Shown: positions 7,960 to 18,852, counted from the stretch's first letter. The stretch: 64,000 nucleotides of DNA from Minisyncoccia bacterium (GCA_049695975.1 JBAVTE010000012.1:7665-71664); one strand, 5' to 3'. Made by a program: numbers and translations. The notes: a model not told the origin generated them from the sequence alone.

Positions 7960-9879
7960 TTATTGTACAACTATACCACCTTTATCTGACATATTTGGAT
8001 CAGTCTTAATCTCAGTAGTAATAGCCTGTTTTTTCTGTGTAACTGTGGTACCAGTAAAAGAATCTACACCAGAAATAATAGACTCATTTAAAATATCCGC
8101 GATATCACCCACTTGAGATAAACTTGGAGTAAAAGAAATCTGAAAAGAAACTTCTCTAACTGGAAGCGTCGTACCTGCACCTGCTTGAATATTGCCAATA
8201 TTCCACACTATTTGATTGCTTGCCGAGTCATAAGAAATATCTTCACTACTTGTATTAGATACTCCTACCCATTTCATATATGAGGGTAATGATGAAGATA
8301 CTTTTGTATTTGTGACGTTGTTTGTAGGATTGGTTGCAGTCCATGTAATAGTGTATGTAGTTTCTTTTTCAGCTTTTGGAGGTATTGGACCAATATTTTT
8401 AAACGGCCCGATGAAGTAGTACCCTCTTGCGAGCAAAGCTATATCAGAAATAATTTTTATAGTTTTCGTCTCTGAATAAAAAACTTCTTTCTGGGTAGAT
8501 GCGCTATCTGTCCTTCTACCTCGTACTGAAACATTAAAAGTGATTGAGGGGTTATTAAATATTGACCCAGTTTTTGACATACTAGAAAAAGCGGAAAAAT
8601 TAAAAGAGCTATTTATGTTTTCTCCTGGTGCAAGTGAAGTAAAAGAAGAATTTGTCTGTTTATTAAAAACTATTTGATTGTCTATAGACTGATATATACC
8701 TCCATTTACTGAGACACTTGTCTTGTCTAAAATTAACCCCTGAATAGAAATGTCTGTTTCCAAATCATAAATCGTATCAGATAAATTATTTGTCAGAATA
8801 ATATCATTTTTTATACTTTTTCCGCTCAAGATAGCTACTTCCTTACTAATATCTCCATTCGTGGACAAAACAAGATTAACAAAAGGTTTCCTTACAAAAA
8901 TAGAAGTGGTAAAAGAAGCAAGAGACGTAGTGATAGACCTATTATCAAGCTTATCTGGCATGCCTATATTAAATTTAAAAACTTTTTCTTCGCCGTCTTG
9001 CCCCGCAATAAGCCCAGATATTTTAATTTTTTTAATAGCTCCTGGCTCGAAATCACCCAAATTCCAAATGTTGTTGCCCACTGAAGGTGTGATATCAGAA
9101 CTTTTATAATCAAAACCAAAAGGATAATCCGCTCTCAAAGCCAAGTTTTTCACAATAGTCAAAGAATTTGATTTTACCTCAATATTAAAATCAGTTTTTT
9201 GATTTGCATTTACTTCAGAAGAATTAACCACCGTGAGATTTACGGGAGAAGAACTAATCAAAAAAGAAAATGTTTTATTTTTATAAAAAATACCGCTTGA
9301 TCCTGGAATCCTATACTCTACGGTAATGTTTACATCTTTCTGACTATTTTCTTCTCCAAAGACTAAGGCATTTATCGTTTGGGTGACATTTTTACCCACA
9401 GATATATCACCCAAAGCCGTATCGTATCTTTTTAATTCTGTAGATGGATTATTGGGGTCTGTCATACCAGTAGGATACTCTATGTGCAAATTTACTGACT
9501 CAAGAAGAGTAGTGTTGTTGTTGATGATTTCAATATCCATCGGCAAAGACTCTCCCCCTCCGACAGAGACTGGTCCGCGCACAACCACATCAATATTATT
9601 GCCTGATATTACATTTGCGCCAAAGAAAAATTTATAAAAAGCAAAACCTGAAGCTGTAAAGAAAAACAAAAGTGCAATTAACAAAACTTTCATAAAAGGA
9701 AAATCCTGAGTACTTTCTTTTTCTAGGTCGGTATTGTCCCATGCGGTTGGTAAATCTGGCTTATGTAAACCAACACTATGCCTTTTGATAGTGCCATCGA
9801 CAGAGCTCATATTTTTAGAATATAATTTATTTTTTATTCCTTCTATTCTATCTTTTTCTTTATTTTCTTCTTCAAACAT
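7960..9879 (-). CDS. hypothetical large membrane-anchored surface protein (N-terminal cytoplasmic segment, one TM, Asn/Ser/Thr-rich extracellular region)
   Basis: 639 aa; TM at about aa 65-90 (VLLIALLFFFTASGFAFYKFF); compositionally beta-rich ectodomain. Confidence 0.5.
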   Translation of the reverse strand: MFEEENKEKDRIEGIKNKLYSKNMSSVDGTIKRHSVGLHKPDLPTAWDNTDLEKESTQDFPFMKVLLIALLFFFTASGFAFYKFFFGANVISGNNIDVVVRGPVSVGGGESLPMDIEIINNNTTLLESVNLHIEYPTGMTDPNNPSTELKRYDTALGDISVGKNVTQTINALVFGEENSQKDVNITVEYRIPGSSGIFYKNKTFSFLISSSPVNLTVVNSSEVNANQKTDFNIEVKSNSLTIVKNLALRADYPFGFDYKSSDITPSVGNNIWNLGDFEPGAIKKIKISGLIAGQDGEEKVFKFNIGMPDKLDNRSITTSLASFTTSIFVRKPFVNLVLSTNGDISKEVAILSGKSIKNDIILTNNLSDTIYDLETDISIQGLILDKTSVSVNGGIYQSIDNQIVFNKQTNSSFTSLAPGENINSSFNFSAFSSMSKTGSIFNNPSITFNVSVRGRRTDSASTQKEVFYSETKTIKIISDIALLARGYYFIGPFKNIGPIPPKAEKETTYTITWTATNPTNNVTNTKVSSSLPSYMKWVGVSNTSSEDISYDSASNQIVWNIGNIQAGAGTTLPVREVSFQISFTPSLSQVGDIADILNESIISGVDSFTGTTVTQKKQAITTEIKTDPNMSDKGGIVVQ

Positions 9880-9900
9880 ATTCTTATATTATAACATAAA

Positions 9901-10524
9901 TTAAAGATGCGTTTCATCTAGAGATTTATTGACTTCTTTTATTATTTCTTTGCGCATTGATTCTGCGAGCATTATTACATTTTCATCATAGTCATGATTC
10001 TCAAAAAGTCCTTCGAAACCTTTTGTTTTTAGATATCCTAAACTTCGCATTATTCTTGCCACAGATAAACATTCAAGCCCTGGCGTAATACCTTTTTCTC
10101 TGACATTTTTCAGTGAACCTTTTATTGCCAAAAATAATTCCTTATTTTTTTCTTCACCATGGACAAGACGCAATACCAAAGAAAAAATTTTCCCAGAAAA
10201 GTTTATAATTTCTTGATTTATTTTTCTTGTCCCGTTAGAGGTAGAACTCGCCTCGAGTTCGTTAGCTCTAACGGGATCATTTATAAAATTAATAGAATGT
10301 TCTGCTCCGACGATTCGCCAATATTCCCTTCCACGGACAAGAGAAACCGAAAGACAATTAAAATCAGAAAGATGGTATCGCAACTTTGATTTTAAAAACC
10401 TGACTCCAGTAGCTCCTGCGCGAATCAGTCCAAAGTCTTCAGTAAACAAAAAATAAATTTTGTCTGCATCTTTACGTTGTAAACTTTTTAAAATAAAAGC
10501 TTCTGTATTATATTTGTGATGCAT
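9901..10524 (-). CDS. recO: DNA repair protein RecO (probable)
   Basis: OB-fold N-terminus EAFILKS...GLIRAGATGVRFLKSKLR matches the RecO pattern. The start was chosen at the Met immediately after the ileS stop; the alternative Met at 10560 overlaps ileS. Confidence 0.55.
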   Translation of the reverse strand: MHHKYNTEAFILKSLQRKDADKIYFLFTEDFGLIRAGATGVRFLKSKLRYHLSDFNCLSVSLVRGREYWRIVGAEHSINFINDPVRANELEASSTSNGTRKINQEIINFSGKIFSLVLRLVHGEEKNKELFLAIKGSLKNVREKGITPGLECLSVARIMRSLGYLKTKGFEGLFENHDYDENVIMLAESMRKEIIKEVNKSLDETHL

Positions 10525-10528
10525 ATGG

Positions 10529-13500
10529 TCAGGAAATTTGGAAAGAAAAATCTGCCACATCTGATGACAATTGCCCGACATTTTCTCCCTTGAGAGAAAG
10601 AGAAGAAAAAGAAAATTCTTTTATATTTGTAGCCTTCAAAATATCTTTTTCATATTTTTCCAAAAATTTCTTGCCTTTTTCGTCTGTATGAATCGTAAGA
10701 GCAACTACATCGCTCGGACTCAAACCTTTAGTTTTTCGTAATTCCTGTAAAGCTCGTATCACTTCTCTCACAATTCCCTCTTCTTTGAGCTCCTCCGTCA
10801 TCGTCGCGTCTAGCTCCACTCCTCCCGAAATACCACTATCAAAAAGAACTTCCTTTACATTCAATTCTTCTTTCACAAGGAGACTAAGCGACTCATCTGT
10901 AGATATTTTTTGATTTTTTATTTTAACCGACAAAAGTGGCTGTCTGACTTTTATGCCAAGCCTTGTTCTTGCCTCAAGCCCTAGGGAAACCACTTCTCTC
11001 ACTTGTTTCATTTCTTCTATGATTGTTTTTTCTTCACCCGAAAGATCCCCGACAAAGTTTTCCGGCCAATTTTCCAAGTGAACACTTTCCTTTTGTAATC
11101 CTCCAGTAATTTTTAAATACAAATCTTCTGCAAGAAAAGGCATTGATGGTGCCAAAAGTTTAGAAAATTCCAAGATCACTGTTTTTGTGGTAAACATTGC
11201 TGAGTTTTTGTCTTTTTCATCTTCAGATTTGAATCTGTCACGAGATCTTCTCAAAAACCATGTCGAAAGATCATCCACAAAGTCCCCGATAGGTCTCACT
11301 GCTTTGTCTAGCTCGTAACCATCTGTAAACTTTGTAATTTCAGTTGCTGTTTCTTTTAATCTCGTAAGAATCCATCTATCTAAAATATTTGTTGGGTTTT
11401 TGTATTCTTCAGATTTAGTAATATCCAAGTCAAAACCCCCATACATTTCAAAAAATGTATAAACATTTTGAAGTCTCATAATAATTTTCTTCAAAATTTC
11501 ATCCACACCCTTGTCAGAAACTCTCAAATCTTCCGCTTTTACAACAGGTGAAGATAAAAGATAATATCTCAAAGCATCGGCACTATATGTACTTACAAGA
11601 TCCATTGGACTCGTGTAATTTTTCAAACTCTTTGACATTTTTTGTCCATCTGATGCCAGGACAATCCCATTTACCATAACATTTTTGTATGATGATCTCC
11701 CAAAAAGTGCCACAGAAAGTACCAACATTGAATAAAACCATCCTCTTGTTTGATCCACCCCTTCAGAAATAAAGTCGGCAGGAAAACCAATGCCTTTTTC
11801 TGGATTAAATTTATTCAAATTTTCAAATGGATAATGAGACTCGGCATAAGGCATAGATCCAGATTCAAACCAACAATCAAAAACTTCAGGGATTCTTTTC
11901 ATAGTTCCACCACATTTACATTTCAAAGTGACTTCATCTATAAAAGGTCTATGCAGATCAAGTTCATAATTTCTATTGTGTGGAATAGGCGAAAAAGGGA
12001 TTTCTCTTATTTCGGAATTTTCAATAAAAGCTACTCCCTGCTCTTTTGTTTTGAGTGCTTCGGTTCTATTTAAACCTTGCACCCCACAAAACATAAGCCA
12101 GATGGGAGTATTGTGAGAAATAATTAAAATATTTTTATCTTCATTTTTCGCATCTATTTCATAGAGAAAATCCGTCATCCTTTTTTTGACATTTTCATAA
12201 TTTTCTCCTCCGCGCGGAGTCTTTGTAAATTTTTCTTCTCTAGTACCAAAAAATGCTTGATACTCGAGGCCTTTCTTGCCATCAAATTCTCCACCGTAAA
12301 TTTCATGAAGCCTCTCATCGTAGATAATTTTGTCTTTTGAATAACCGATATTTTCTGCAATTATTTCAGCAGTTTCTTTTGTCCTCATAAAAGGAGAACA
12401 ATAAATAATGTCTATCTTATCTTTTAGTTTTTTTGCGGCAGCGACTGCTTGTTCTCTACCTACTGCAGTGAGATGATTTATAGATTTTGGATTTGAACTC
12501 AAGATTCCAGAAACATTGCTTTCTGCTTCGCCGTGTCTCACAATCAAAAATTTATTTTTACTTTTTGTCCTTTCTTTTATTTCTTCAATTGAGCCAATAA
12601 ATTCTTTTTCTGGACAACAGTCACATTTCCATACAGGAAGCGGTGCACCCCAAAATCTGGATCGTGAAATAGACCAATCGCGAACATTTTCGAGCCATTT
12701 ACCAAATCTTCCATCTCCCACTTCTTCTGGAACCCATTTTATTTTTTTATTTTCTTCTACAAGCTTATCTTTTAATTGAGTTACCTCTACAAACCATGAG
12801 CTTGTAGCATAATTGAGAAGAGGTGTCTGACATCTCCAACAATGTGGATATGAGTGAATAAACTTTTCTTTTGCATAAAGAGTCCCCTTTCCAGCCAAAA
12901 ACTTGATGATTTCAATATCGGCGAGCTGGGGATTTTCTATTGGTTTAACCTGTGCTTCGTGAAAATCTATTACTTCTTTTTTAAATCTACCATCCATTCC
13001 GACATGTTGAATAAAAGGTAATTTTTGCTCTTTACCCAAATTCATATCATCTTCTCCAAATGCAGGTGCAATATGAACTATTCCAGTACCGTCTTCTGTA
13101 GTAACAAAAGATGCACCATAAACTTTAAAACCATTTTCTATATTTTTTAAATCAGCATTATTATAATAATCAAAAAGTGGTTTGTAAAACATTCCGATAA
13201 GTGCATTGCCCTCAGTTTTTTCTAAGATTTCATATTTTTCTTTTATAACAGAAAGTCTAGCTTCAGCCAAAATAAATTTCTCATTTCCAATTTTTATTTT
13301 TACATAATCTACTTCTGGATTGACTGCCAAAGCAACATTCCCAGGCAAAGTCCATGGGGTCGTCGTCCAAGCCAAAAAGAATGTTCCAGGCTCATCTACA
13401 AGCTCAAATTTGACTGTGACAGATATATCGGTGATATCCTTGTATCCTTGACCGACTTCAAAATTGGATAAAGTGGTACCACAATGAGGGCATAAATGCA

Positions 13501-14098
13501 TGGACTTGAATCCTTCATAAAGTAAGCTTTTTTTGTGTAATTCTTTGAAAATCCACCATACTGTTTCAGTATATGTAGGGCTCATTGTCCGATAGTCGTT
13601 TTCCATATCTACAAAGCGACCCATTCTCGGAATTACTTTTTTCCATACATCTGCATAAGTAAAAATCTTTGTCCTCGCTACATCATTAAATTTTTCTATA
13701 CCATATTCTTCAATATCTTTTTTTGATTTTAAACCTATTTCATCGGCAACAATATTTTCAATAGGCAAACCATGCGTATCCCAACCCCATCTTCGAGCAA
13801 CATGATTTCCTTTCATTGTTTGATATCTACCTACATAGTCTTTCATTGTTCCAGCAAGAATGTGACCATAATGTGGAAGCCCGGTGGCAAAAGGCGGACC
13901 ATCATAAAATACAAATTCACCTTTAGAAAAGGGTTTTTCCAAAGTTTTTTTGAAAATTTCGTTTTCTTGCCAAAATTGTAGGATTTCCTCCTCTCTTTCC
14001 GCAATTTTGCTCTTTTTTGTGGAATTTAAGGTCTCGCCTCCAAGAGAGTTCCCGGATTTTTCCTTTTCTTGTGTTTTTTCTTGGGGTTTTTTAGACAT
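10529..14098 (-). CDS. ileS: isoleucine--tRNA ligase with an inserted histidine-phosphatase (PGAM-like) domain
   Basis: HIGH region PPFATGLPHYGHIL, CP1 editing domain (TTTPWTLPGN..., GTGIVHIAPAFGEDD), WSISRSRFWGAPLPVW and KMSKSLKN. About 200 extra aa with RHGEAESN...LIISHNTPI lie between the CDCC and KCKCGG zinc knuckles. Start set at MSKKPQE (14098). Confidence 0.9.
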   Translation of the reverse strand: MSKKPQEKTQEKEKSGNSLGGETLNSTKKSKIAEREEEILQFWQENEIFKKTLEKPFSKGEFVFYDGPPFATGLPHYGHILAGTMKDYVGRYQTMKGNHVARRWGWDTHGLPIENIVADEIGLKSKKDIEEYGIEKFNDVARTKIFTYADVWKKVIPRMGRFVDMENDYRTMSPTYTETVWWIFKELHKKSLLYEGFKSMHLCPHCGTTLSNFEVGQGYKDITDISVTVKFELVDEPGTFFLAWTTTPWTLPGNVALAVNPEVDYVKIKIGNEKFILAEARLSVIKEKYEILEKTEGNALIGMFYKPLFDYYNNADLKNIENGFKVYGASFVTTEDGTGIVHIAPAFGEDDMNLGKEQKLPFIQHVGMDGRFKKEVIDFHEAQVKPIENPQLADIEIIKFLAGKGTLYAKEKFIHSYPHCWRCQTPLLNYATSSWFVEVTQLKDKLVEENKKIKWVPEEVGDGRFGKWLENVRDWSISRSRFWGAPLPVWKCDCCPEKEFIGSIEEIKERTKSKNKFLIVRHGEAESNVSGILSSNPKSINHLTAVGREQAVAAAKKLKDKIDIIYCSPFMRTKETAEIIAENIGYSKDKIIYDERLHEIYGGEFDGKKGLEYQAFFGTREEKFTKTPRGGENYENVKKRMTDFLYEIDAKNEDKNILIISHNTPIWLMFCGVQGLNRTEALKTKEQGVAFIENSEIREIPFSPIPHNRNYELDLHRPFIDEVTLKCKCGGTMKRIPEVFDCWFESGSMPYAESHYPFENLNKFNPEKGIGFPADFISEGVDQTRGWFYSMLVLSVALFGRSSYKNVMVNGIVLASDGQKMSKSLKNYTSPMDLVSTYSADALRYYLLSSPVVKAEDLRVSDKGVDEILKKIIMRLQNVYTFFEMYGGFDLDITKSEEYKNPTNILDRWILTRLKETATEITKFTDGYELDKAVRPIGDFVDDLSTWFLRRSRDRFKSEDEKDKNSAMFTTKTVILEFSKLLAPSMPFLAEDLYLKITGGLQKESVHLENWPENFVGDLSGEEKTIIEEMKQVREVVSLGLEARTRLGIKVRQPLLSVKIKNQKISTDESLSLLVKEELNVKEVLFDSGISGGVELDATMTEELKEEGIVREVIRALQELRKTKGLSPSDVVALTIHTDEKGKKFLEKYEKDILKATNIKEFSFSSLSLKGENVGQLSSDVADFSFQIS

Positions 14099-14177
14099 TT
14101 TTTTATAAAAAGCTTGAAATCCCATTTTAGCAGTTTTTACAAAAAAAAGAAATCTCAAAAATTATTGAACTATATTT

Positions 14178-14228
14178 AAAAAAAGTCACCGGCACGCATA
14201 GAAGCGATTCGGTGACCTTGCTTTTTTT
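14178..14228 (-). terminator. terminator after argS (hairpin GTCACCG...CGGTGAC with flanking A/T runs)
   Basis: 7-bp GC stem with an 18-nt loop; a T-run on the plus strand and an A-run upstream allow function in either direction. Confidence 0.45.
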
Positions 14229-14341
14229 AGACCTTTAGTCTAGAACCAGGTTTTCTCACTCTGCGTCTCGACACATTGGAATATGGATGATTACCATATA
14301 CTGAGTTTGAAATCCTAACATACTCAATAGGAAAAACCAAA

Positions 14342-16084
14342 TTACATTTTTTCCATCACTTTAATTCCAAGAAGTTTTAGGCCATTTTCCATCACAATAG
14401 AAAAAGCTTCCGTAAGAGCGATCTTGTAAGGGGAATTCAGATCTTCCTTATTTACGATTTTCCCTTCGGCATAAAAATTGTTGAATGCCGACGCGGTCTC
14501 GATCAAATATGTAGCAATATGACTTGGCGAATAGTCCTTCCCTGCCCTTTCCACTATTTCAGGGAATTTGTAAAGATTTTTTTCAAGTTCTGAAATATTG
14601 CTATTTGGTTTTTTAAAATCTGCTTTTATTTTTTCTTCTTTTGCTTTTCTCAAAATAGATTTGGCGCGAGCATAAGAATATTGTAGATATGGACCAGAAT
14701 CACCTTCAAAAGAAATAGACTTATCAAAATCAAAAATAATATCTTTTCCGGTGACTTGTTTTAAAATTGAATATTTCAAAGCTCCAACTGCCACTTTTTC
14801 AGTAACTTTTTCTTTTTCGCTGTCTTTCATGTCTCTGTCAAAAATTTTCTTCGCAACTTCCACTTTAATTTTCTCAATCAGAGAAATAGCTGTAATGACA
14901 TCTCCTGTTCTAGAAGACATCTTCCCTTCTGGGAGACGAAGCATTCCGTGAGAGACATGAAAAGTTTTTGAGGCAAGGTCGGGGAAAATAAAACTCATCG
15001 CTTTCAGAAGCACCTTGAAATAATCGCTTTGTTCATTGGCGGTAATAATAATAGACTTTTCATAATGGCAACTATCATATTTAAATTTAGCCAAACCAAG
15101 ATCCTTTGCCTCGTATGTCGGCAATCCCTCAGAATTTATAAATACGCGAGTATGTAAGCCATAATTTTCTCCTTTAAAAATAACCGCCCCATTACTTTTT
15201 TCAAAAATTCCTTTTTCAAGATTTTCAAGAACGATTTTGGTACCAAAATCAGTGGTCTGACTTTCGAAAAAATATTTATTAAATTTGGTATCTAAAATTT
15301 TGTATATTTTCTCAAATCCAATCAGGGAAACTTTTCTGCCAACTTTGTAGATTTTGTTTATTTCAATATTATCTTTTAAATAAATACTTTTGTTTATTTT
15401 TACAATTTCTGCCTTGGCAACATCACTCGCCTCATAATTTTTGGCTCCCAGAGCATACGCCTGACCCCAAATCAGAGTATCTTTTGATAAATTTAAAAAA
15501 CTTCCAAAAAATTTCTTCTTTGCATTTGGATCTTCCGCAAGCATTTTTCTTACACCCCAAATAGTTTTGGCTACATGCAGTCCTACATCCCCCTGATAAC
15601 AGGCACGAAGAACTTTGGCCCCATTGGCCTCAATAATCCTAGAGACTGATTCCCCTATCGCATTGCTCATCAAGTGACCAATATGAAATTCTTTGAACGG
15701 ATTTGGATCTGTGTATTCCACTACAACTTTTTGATTGTTGAGATTTTTATTTTGTCCAAATTTCTCGCCAAATTTTATAATTTCTTTTGTTTTTCCTTCA
15801 AAAAATTTGGAGGAAAGATAAAAATTTATAAATCCAGGACCGGCAACCTCTACTTTTTCAATTTCTGACGGTTTCTGTGTATTTATTTTTTCTACAAGTT
15901 TTCCAGCAAGTTCTCGTGGATTTTGGGCAAGTTTTTTGGCAAGAACCATTGCAATATTTGAAGAATAATCCCCATTGGCAAATTCCTCGGGATGTTCGAG
16001 CTCTATTTTCCCTACTTTTTCATCTTCCACACCAATAGCCATAAGCGCCCCCTTTATTATATTGTCCAGAATCTCTGTAATCAT
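14342..16084 (-). CDS. argS: arginine--tRNA ligase
   Basis: 580 aa; HIGH motif (FHIGHL), C-terminal DALR anticodon-binding domain ending in KM. Confidence 0.9.
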   Translation of the reverse strand: MITEILDNIIKGALMAIGVEDEKVGKIELEHPEEFANGDYSSNIAMVLAKKLAQNPRELAGKLVEKINTQKPSEIEKVEVAGPGFINFYLSSKFFEGKTKEIIKFGEKFGQNKNLNNQKVVVEYTDPNPFKEFHIGHLMSNAIGESVSRIIEANGAKVLRACYQGDVGLHVAKTIWGVRKMLAEDPNAKKKFFGSFLNLSKDTLIWGQAYALGAKNYEASDVAKAEIVKINKSIYLKDNIEINKIYKVGRKVSLIGFEKIYKILDTKFNKYFFESQTTDFGTKIVLENLEKGIFEKSNGAVIFKGENYGLHTRVFINSEGLPTYEAKDLGLAKFKYDSCHYEKSIIITANEQSDYFKVLLKAMSFIFPDLASKTFHVSHGMLRLPEGKMSSRTGDVITAISLIEKIKVEVAKKIFDRDMKDSEKEKVTEKVAVGALKYSILKQVTGKDIIFDFDKSISFEGDSGPYLQYSYARAKSILRKAKEEKIKADFKKPNSNISELEKNLYKFPEIVERAGKDYSPSHIATYLIETASAFNNFYAEGKIVNKEDLNSPYKIALTEAFSIVMENGLKLLGIKVMEKM

Positions 16085-16096
16085 ATAGATATAATA

Positions 16097-17389
16097 TCAC
16101 AATTCTAATCCTTCGTCCGTTGCAGAACTTTTCCCAGCCACATATCCCGTAGTCCAACAAAGCTGTAAAGAATAGCCCCCCGAAGGTCTGTCGAAATCTA
16201 ATATATCCCCAGCAAAAAACAAATTGTTATAAAGTGTCGAACCCATTGTTTTAAAATCAACTTCTGATAGGTCAAGTCCCCCACTTGAAACAATAGCTTT
16301 ATCAAAACCCAAGAGTCCTGAGACTTTCATTTCAAATTTTTTCAATTTTTCTATAAGAGCAAATCTTTCTTCTCTGAAAATTGAATGCATTTCTATTTCG
16401 CCGTCTATTTTTAGCAGATCTAGGATTTTCAAAAATATTTTTGCTGGAACTTCCGACAAAATTAAGTTTTTAATTTTTTTATTACTGTGTGCGTCAAAAA
16501 GTTTTTTGAAGTTCTCGTGCATTGCATCAAGTCCCACACCAGGAAAGAAATCTATTGCCACTATTGTCTCACCGTATTGAAGCAAATCACCAATATCCTT
16601 GCTCATATTCAAGATGGTTGGTCCAGAAAGCCCTTCATGTGTAAAAAGCACTCTACCTTTTTTATTTATTACTTTTTTTTCTGTCTGAAAAACCGATATT
16701 CCAACATTCTCCAAGGTGATCCCAGAAAATTCACTGACCCACTCATCGGAAATTTTAATTGGTACAAGCGATGGATTTGGTTTCACTATTTTGTGACCAA
16801 TTTCCTTGAGCCATTTGAAACCATCGCCAGTAGAACCTGTTTCTTGGTGAGACATTCCACCTGTTGCTAAAATAAATTTTTTTGCTTTTATTTCCTCGCC
16901 GTTTTTTAGGATTACCGCAATTATTTTATCTTTTACTTTTTTAAATCCTTCTACTTCCGCAGAAAGTTTAAACTCCACACCCACTTTTCTCGCCTTTTGA
17001 ATAAGTGCATCGAGAACATCGAGAGCATTGTCACTCTCTGGAAACACACGATATCCTTCCTCAACTTTTGTCTTCACACCTAGATTATTAAAAAATTTAA
17101 TTGTTTTCTCTACACCAAATACAGAAAAAGGAGTGAAAAGAAAATCGCCTTTTTTTCCAAATTTTGAAACAAAATTCCTCTTGTCTGGATCGGCGTTTGT
17201 GATATTGCATCTGCCACCTCCGGTCAAAAGTAATTTTTTACCCATTTCCTCATTTTTTTCAGTCAAAAGAACCCTTGCTCCGCTTTCTCCCGCTGTGCAA
17301 GCAGACATAAGCCCCGCAGGGCCCCCTCCTATTATCACGACATCATATTGACTAGTTTGTTTTGTTTGTTTGGAAACTTTCTTAACCAT
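16097..17389 (-). CDS. NAD(P)/FAD-binding flavoprotein, HI0933/BaiN family
   Basis: N-terminal DVVIIGGGPAGLMSA dinucleotide fold and GGGRCNITN motif. Confidence 0.8.
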   Translation of the reverse strand: MVKKVSKQTKQTSQYDVVIIGGGPAGLMSACTAGESGARVLLTEKNEEMGKKLLLTGGGRCNITNADPDKRNFVSKFGKKGDFLFTPFSVFGVEKTIKFFNNLGVKTKVEEGYRVFPESDNALDVLDALIQKARKVGVEFKLSAEVEGFKKVKDKIIAVILKNGEEIKAKKFILATGGMSHQETGSTGDGFKWLKEIGHKIVKPNPSLVPIKISDEWVSEFSGITLENVGISVFQTEKKVINKKGRVLFTHEGLSGPTILNMSKDIGDLLQYGETIVAIDFFPGVGLDAMHENFKKLFDAHSNKKIKNLILSEVPAKIFLKILDLLKIDGEIEMHSIFREERFALIEKLKKFEMKVSGLLGFDKAIVSSGGLDLSEVDFKTMGSTLYNNLFFAGDILDFDRPSGGYSLQLCWTTGYVAGKSSATDEGLEL

Positions 17390-17468
17390 ACGAAAAGATT
17401 AGCACAAAAAAGCAAAATTTACACAAAGGAAATCTTTAAAAATATATTTTCTAACTTTTTTAATTTGA

Positions 17469-18761
17469 TTAAAGAAAAAGTAAATCTCTATCAAGATCAT
17501 CAGAATCCGTACCTTTTATCTTCCCTTTAAGTGCTTTTTGAGTAGAAGCTAGGTAGACTACACGCTTGCCAAATTTTTCTTCAAGGTGATCAATCTGCTT
17601 GTGTATCGTTTCAAACTTTTTTGCTTTATCATTACTTCCAAACAAATCACCTTGCGACACAGAGTCTGAAACAAGCTCCTGCAAAACCACTCCTGTGGTG
17701 CGATATAGAACATTTGACTTGTGAATTTCCATAAAATTAGTTTGTACTAAAGAAATTAAAATCTCTGGAGCATTTGTGGGAGAAGAAAGCGTGATTAAAA
17801 AATTTGAATATTTAAAATTTTGAGTTTTTAGAAAAATGGAAAACTTCTTTGGTACAAGTTTATAATATCTCGCTTTCCGACATGCCTCCTCAATATTTTT
17901 TGACAATTGTGATAAAAGAAAAACCTTATCGTTTGTCGGCGGATGAAAAGTTCGCGTTTTTTGTATTGATGAGTAGACAGTTTTCGGTTCAGGATCTATT
18001 TCCATAAGATATTCACCATGAAGTTCACGATGGAGCACTTCGTAGGGTTTAGAAAGATAGCATCTGACCCATTCAATATCTTTCAGTGCAAAATCTTGTG
18101 CAGTATTTATATTTTTCTTTTTCAAAAACTCCGCCGTCCTAGGACCAATGCCCCAGATTTTCTCAATCGGAGTCTTTTTGAGAAAATCTGGGACTGTATC
18201 CACGCCAATCACTGTTAGACCATTTGGCTTCACCCATTTTGATGCCACTTTTGCAAGAACTTTTGTCGGTGCAATACCAATAGATACAGAAATGTGCAGT
18301 TCATCATTTATTTCTTTTTTGATACGCTCGGCTATTTGCCTATAGGTCATTTTGAGCGGAGGTTCGAGACCAGTAAGATCTGCAAAACATTCATCTATAC
18401 TATATTCCTCGACATCATCCGCGTATCTACGAACAATATCAAACATAAGTCCTGAATATCGAACATAAGATTCATAATCTCCAGGCAAAATTATTACATT
18501 AGGAAAATCTTTTTTTATTTTAAATATCGGCATACCACGAACGACGCCGAGAGCCTTAGCTTCATAAGAAAGTGCTGAGACAATCCCCCTTTCCTCGCCT
18601 GTAACCACGGGCTTTCCTTTCAACTTTGGATTTTTTGCCATTTCTACGCCCGCAAAAAATGCATCCCCGTCCATATGAAAAATAGTTTTTGGTTTTGGTT
18701 TTTTGTTTGGGAATGTTTTGTTCACTAGCTCATTATAAGTAAACCTGAGTTCGCTGTCCAA
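17469..18761 (-). CDS. dinB: Y-family DNA polymerase (DNA polymerase IV-like)
   Basis: IFHMDGDAFFAGVE, SIDECFADLTG and IGPRTAEFLKK catalytic and little-finger motifs. Confidence 0.85.
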   Translation of the reverse strand: MDSELRFTYNELVNKTFPNKKPKPKTIFHMDGDAFFAGVEMAKNPKLKGKPVVTGEERGIVSALSYEAKALGVVRGMPIFKIKKDFPNVIILPGDYESYVRYSGLMFDIVRRYADDVEEYSIDECFADLTGLEPPLKMTYRQIAERIKKEINDELHISVSIGIAPTKVLAKVASKWVKPNGLTVIGVDTVPDFLKKTPIEKIWGIGPRTAEFLKKKNINTAQDFALKDIEWVRCYLSKPYEVLHRELHGEYLMEIDPEPKTVYSSIQKTRTFHPPTNDKVFLLSQLSKNIEEACRKARYYKLVPKKFSIFLKTQNFKYSNFLITLSSPTNAPEILISLVQTNFMEIHKSNVLYRTTGVVLQELVSDSVSQGDLFGSNDKAKKFETIHKQIDHLEEKFGKRVVYLASTQKALKGKIKGTDSDDLDRDLLFL

Positions 18762-18852
18762 GAAAAATAAATGCCGTAAAAACTCTTATAGCTCGACTTC
18801 ATTCGGACAAAATGTAAAATAATAATTTTCCACCTCACTGCTCGCTCATCGA

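Noticed and set aside
11978-12562. IleRS insert as an intein or a separate embedded gene
   Set aside because: No intein splice-junction residues (N-terminal Cys/Ser, C-terminal His-Asn) or endonuclease motifs are present. The insert is in the same frame as both IleRS halves without stops and carries histidine-phosphatase catalytic motifs instead.
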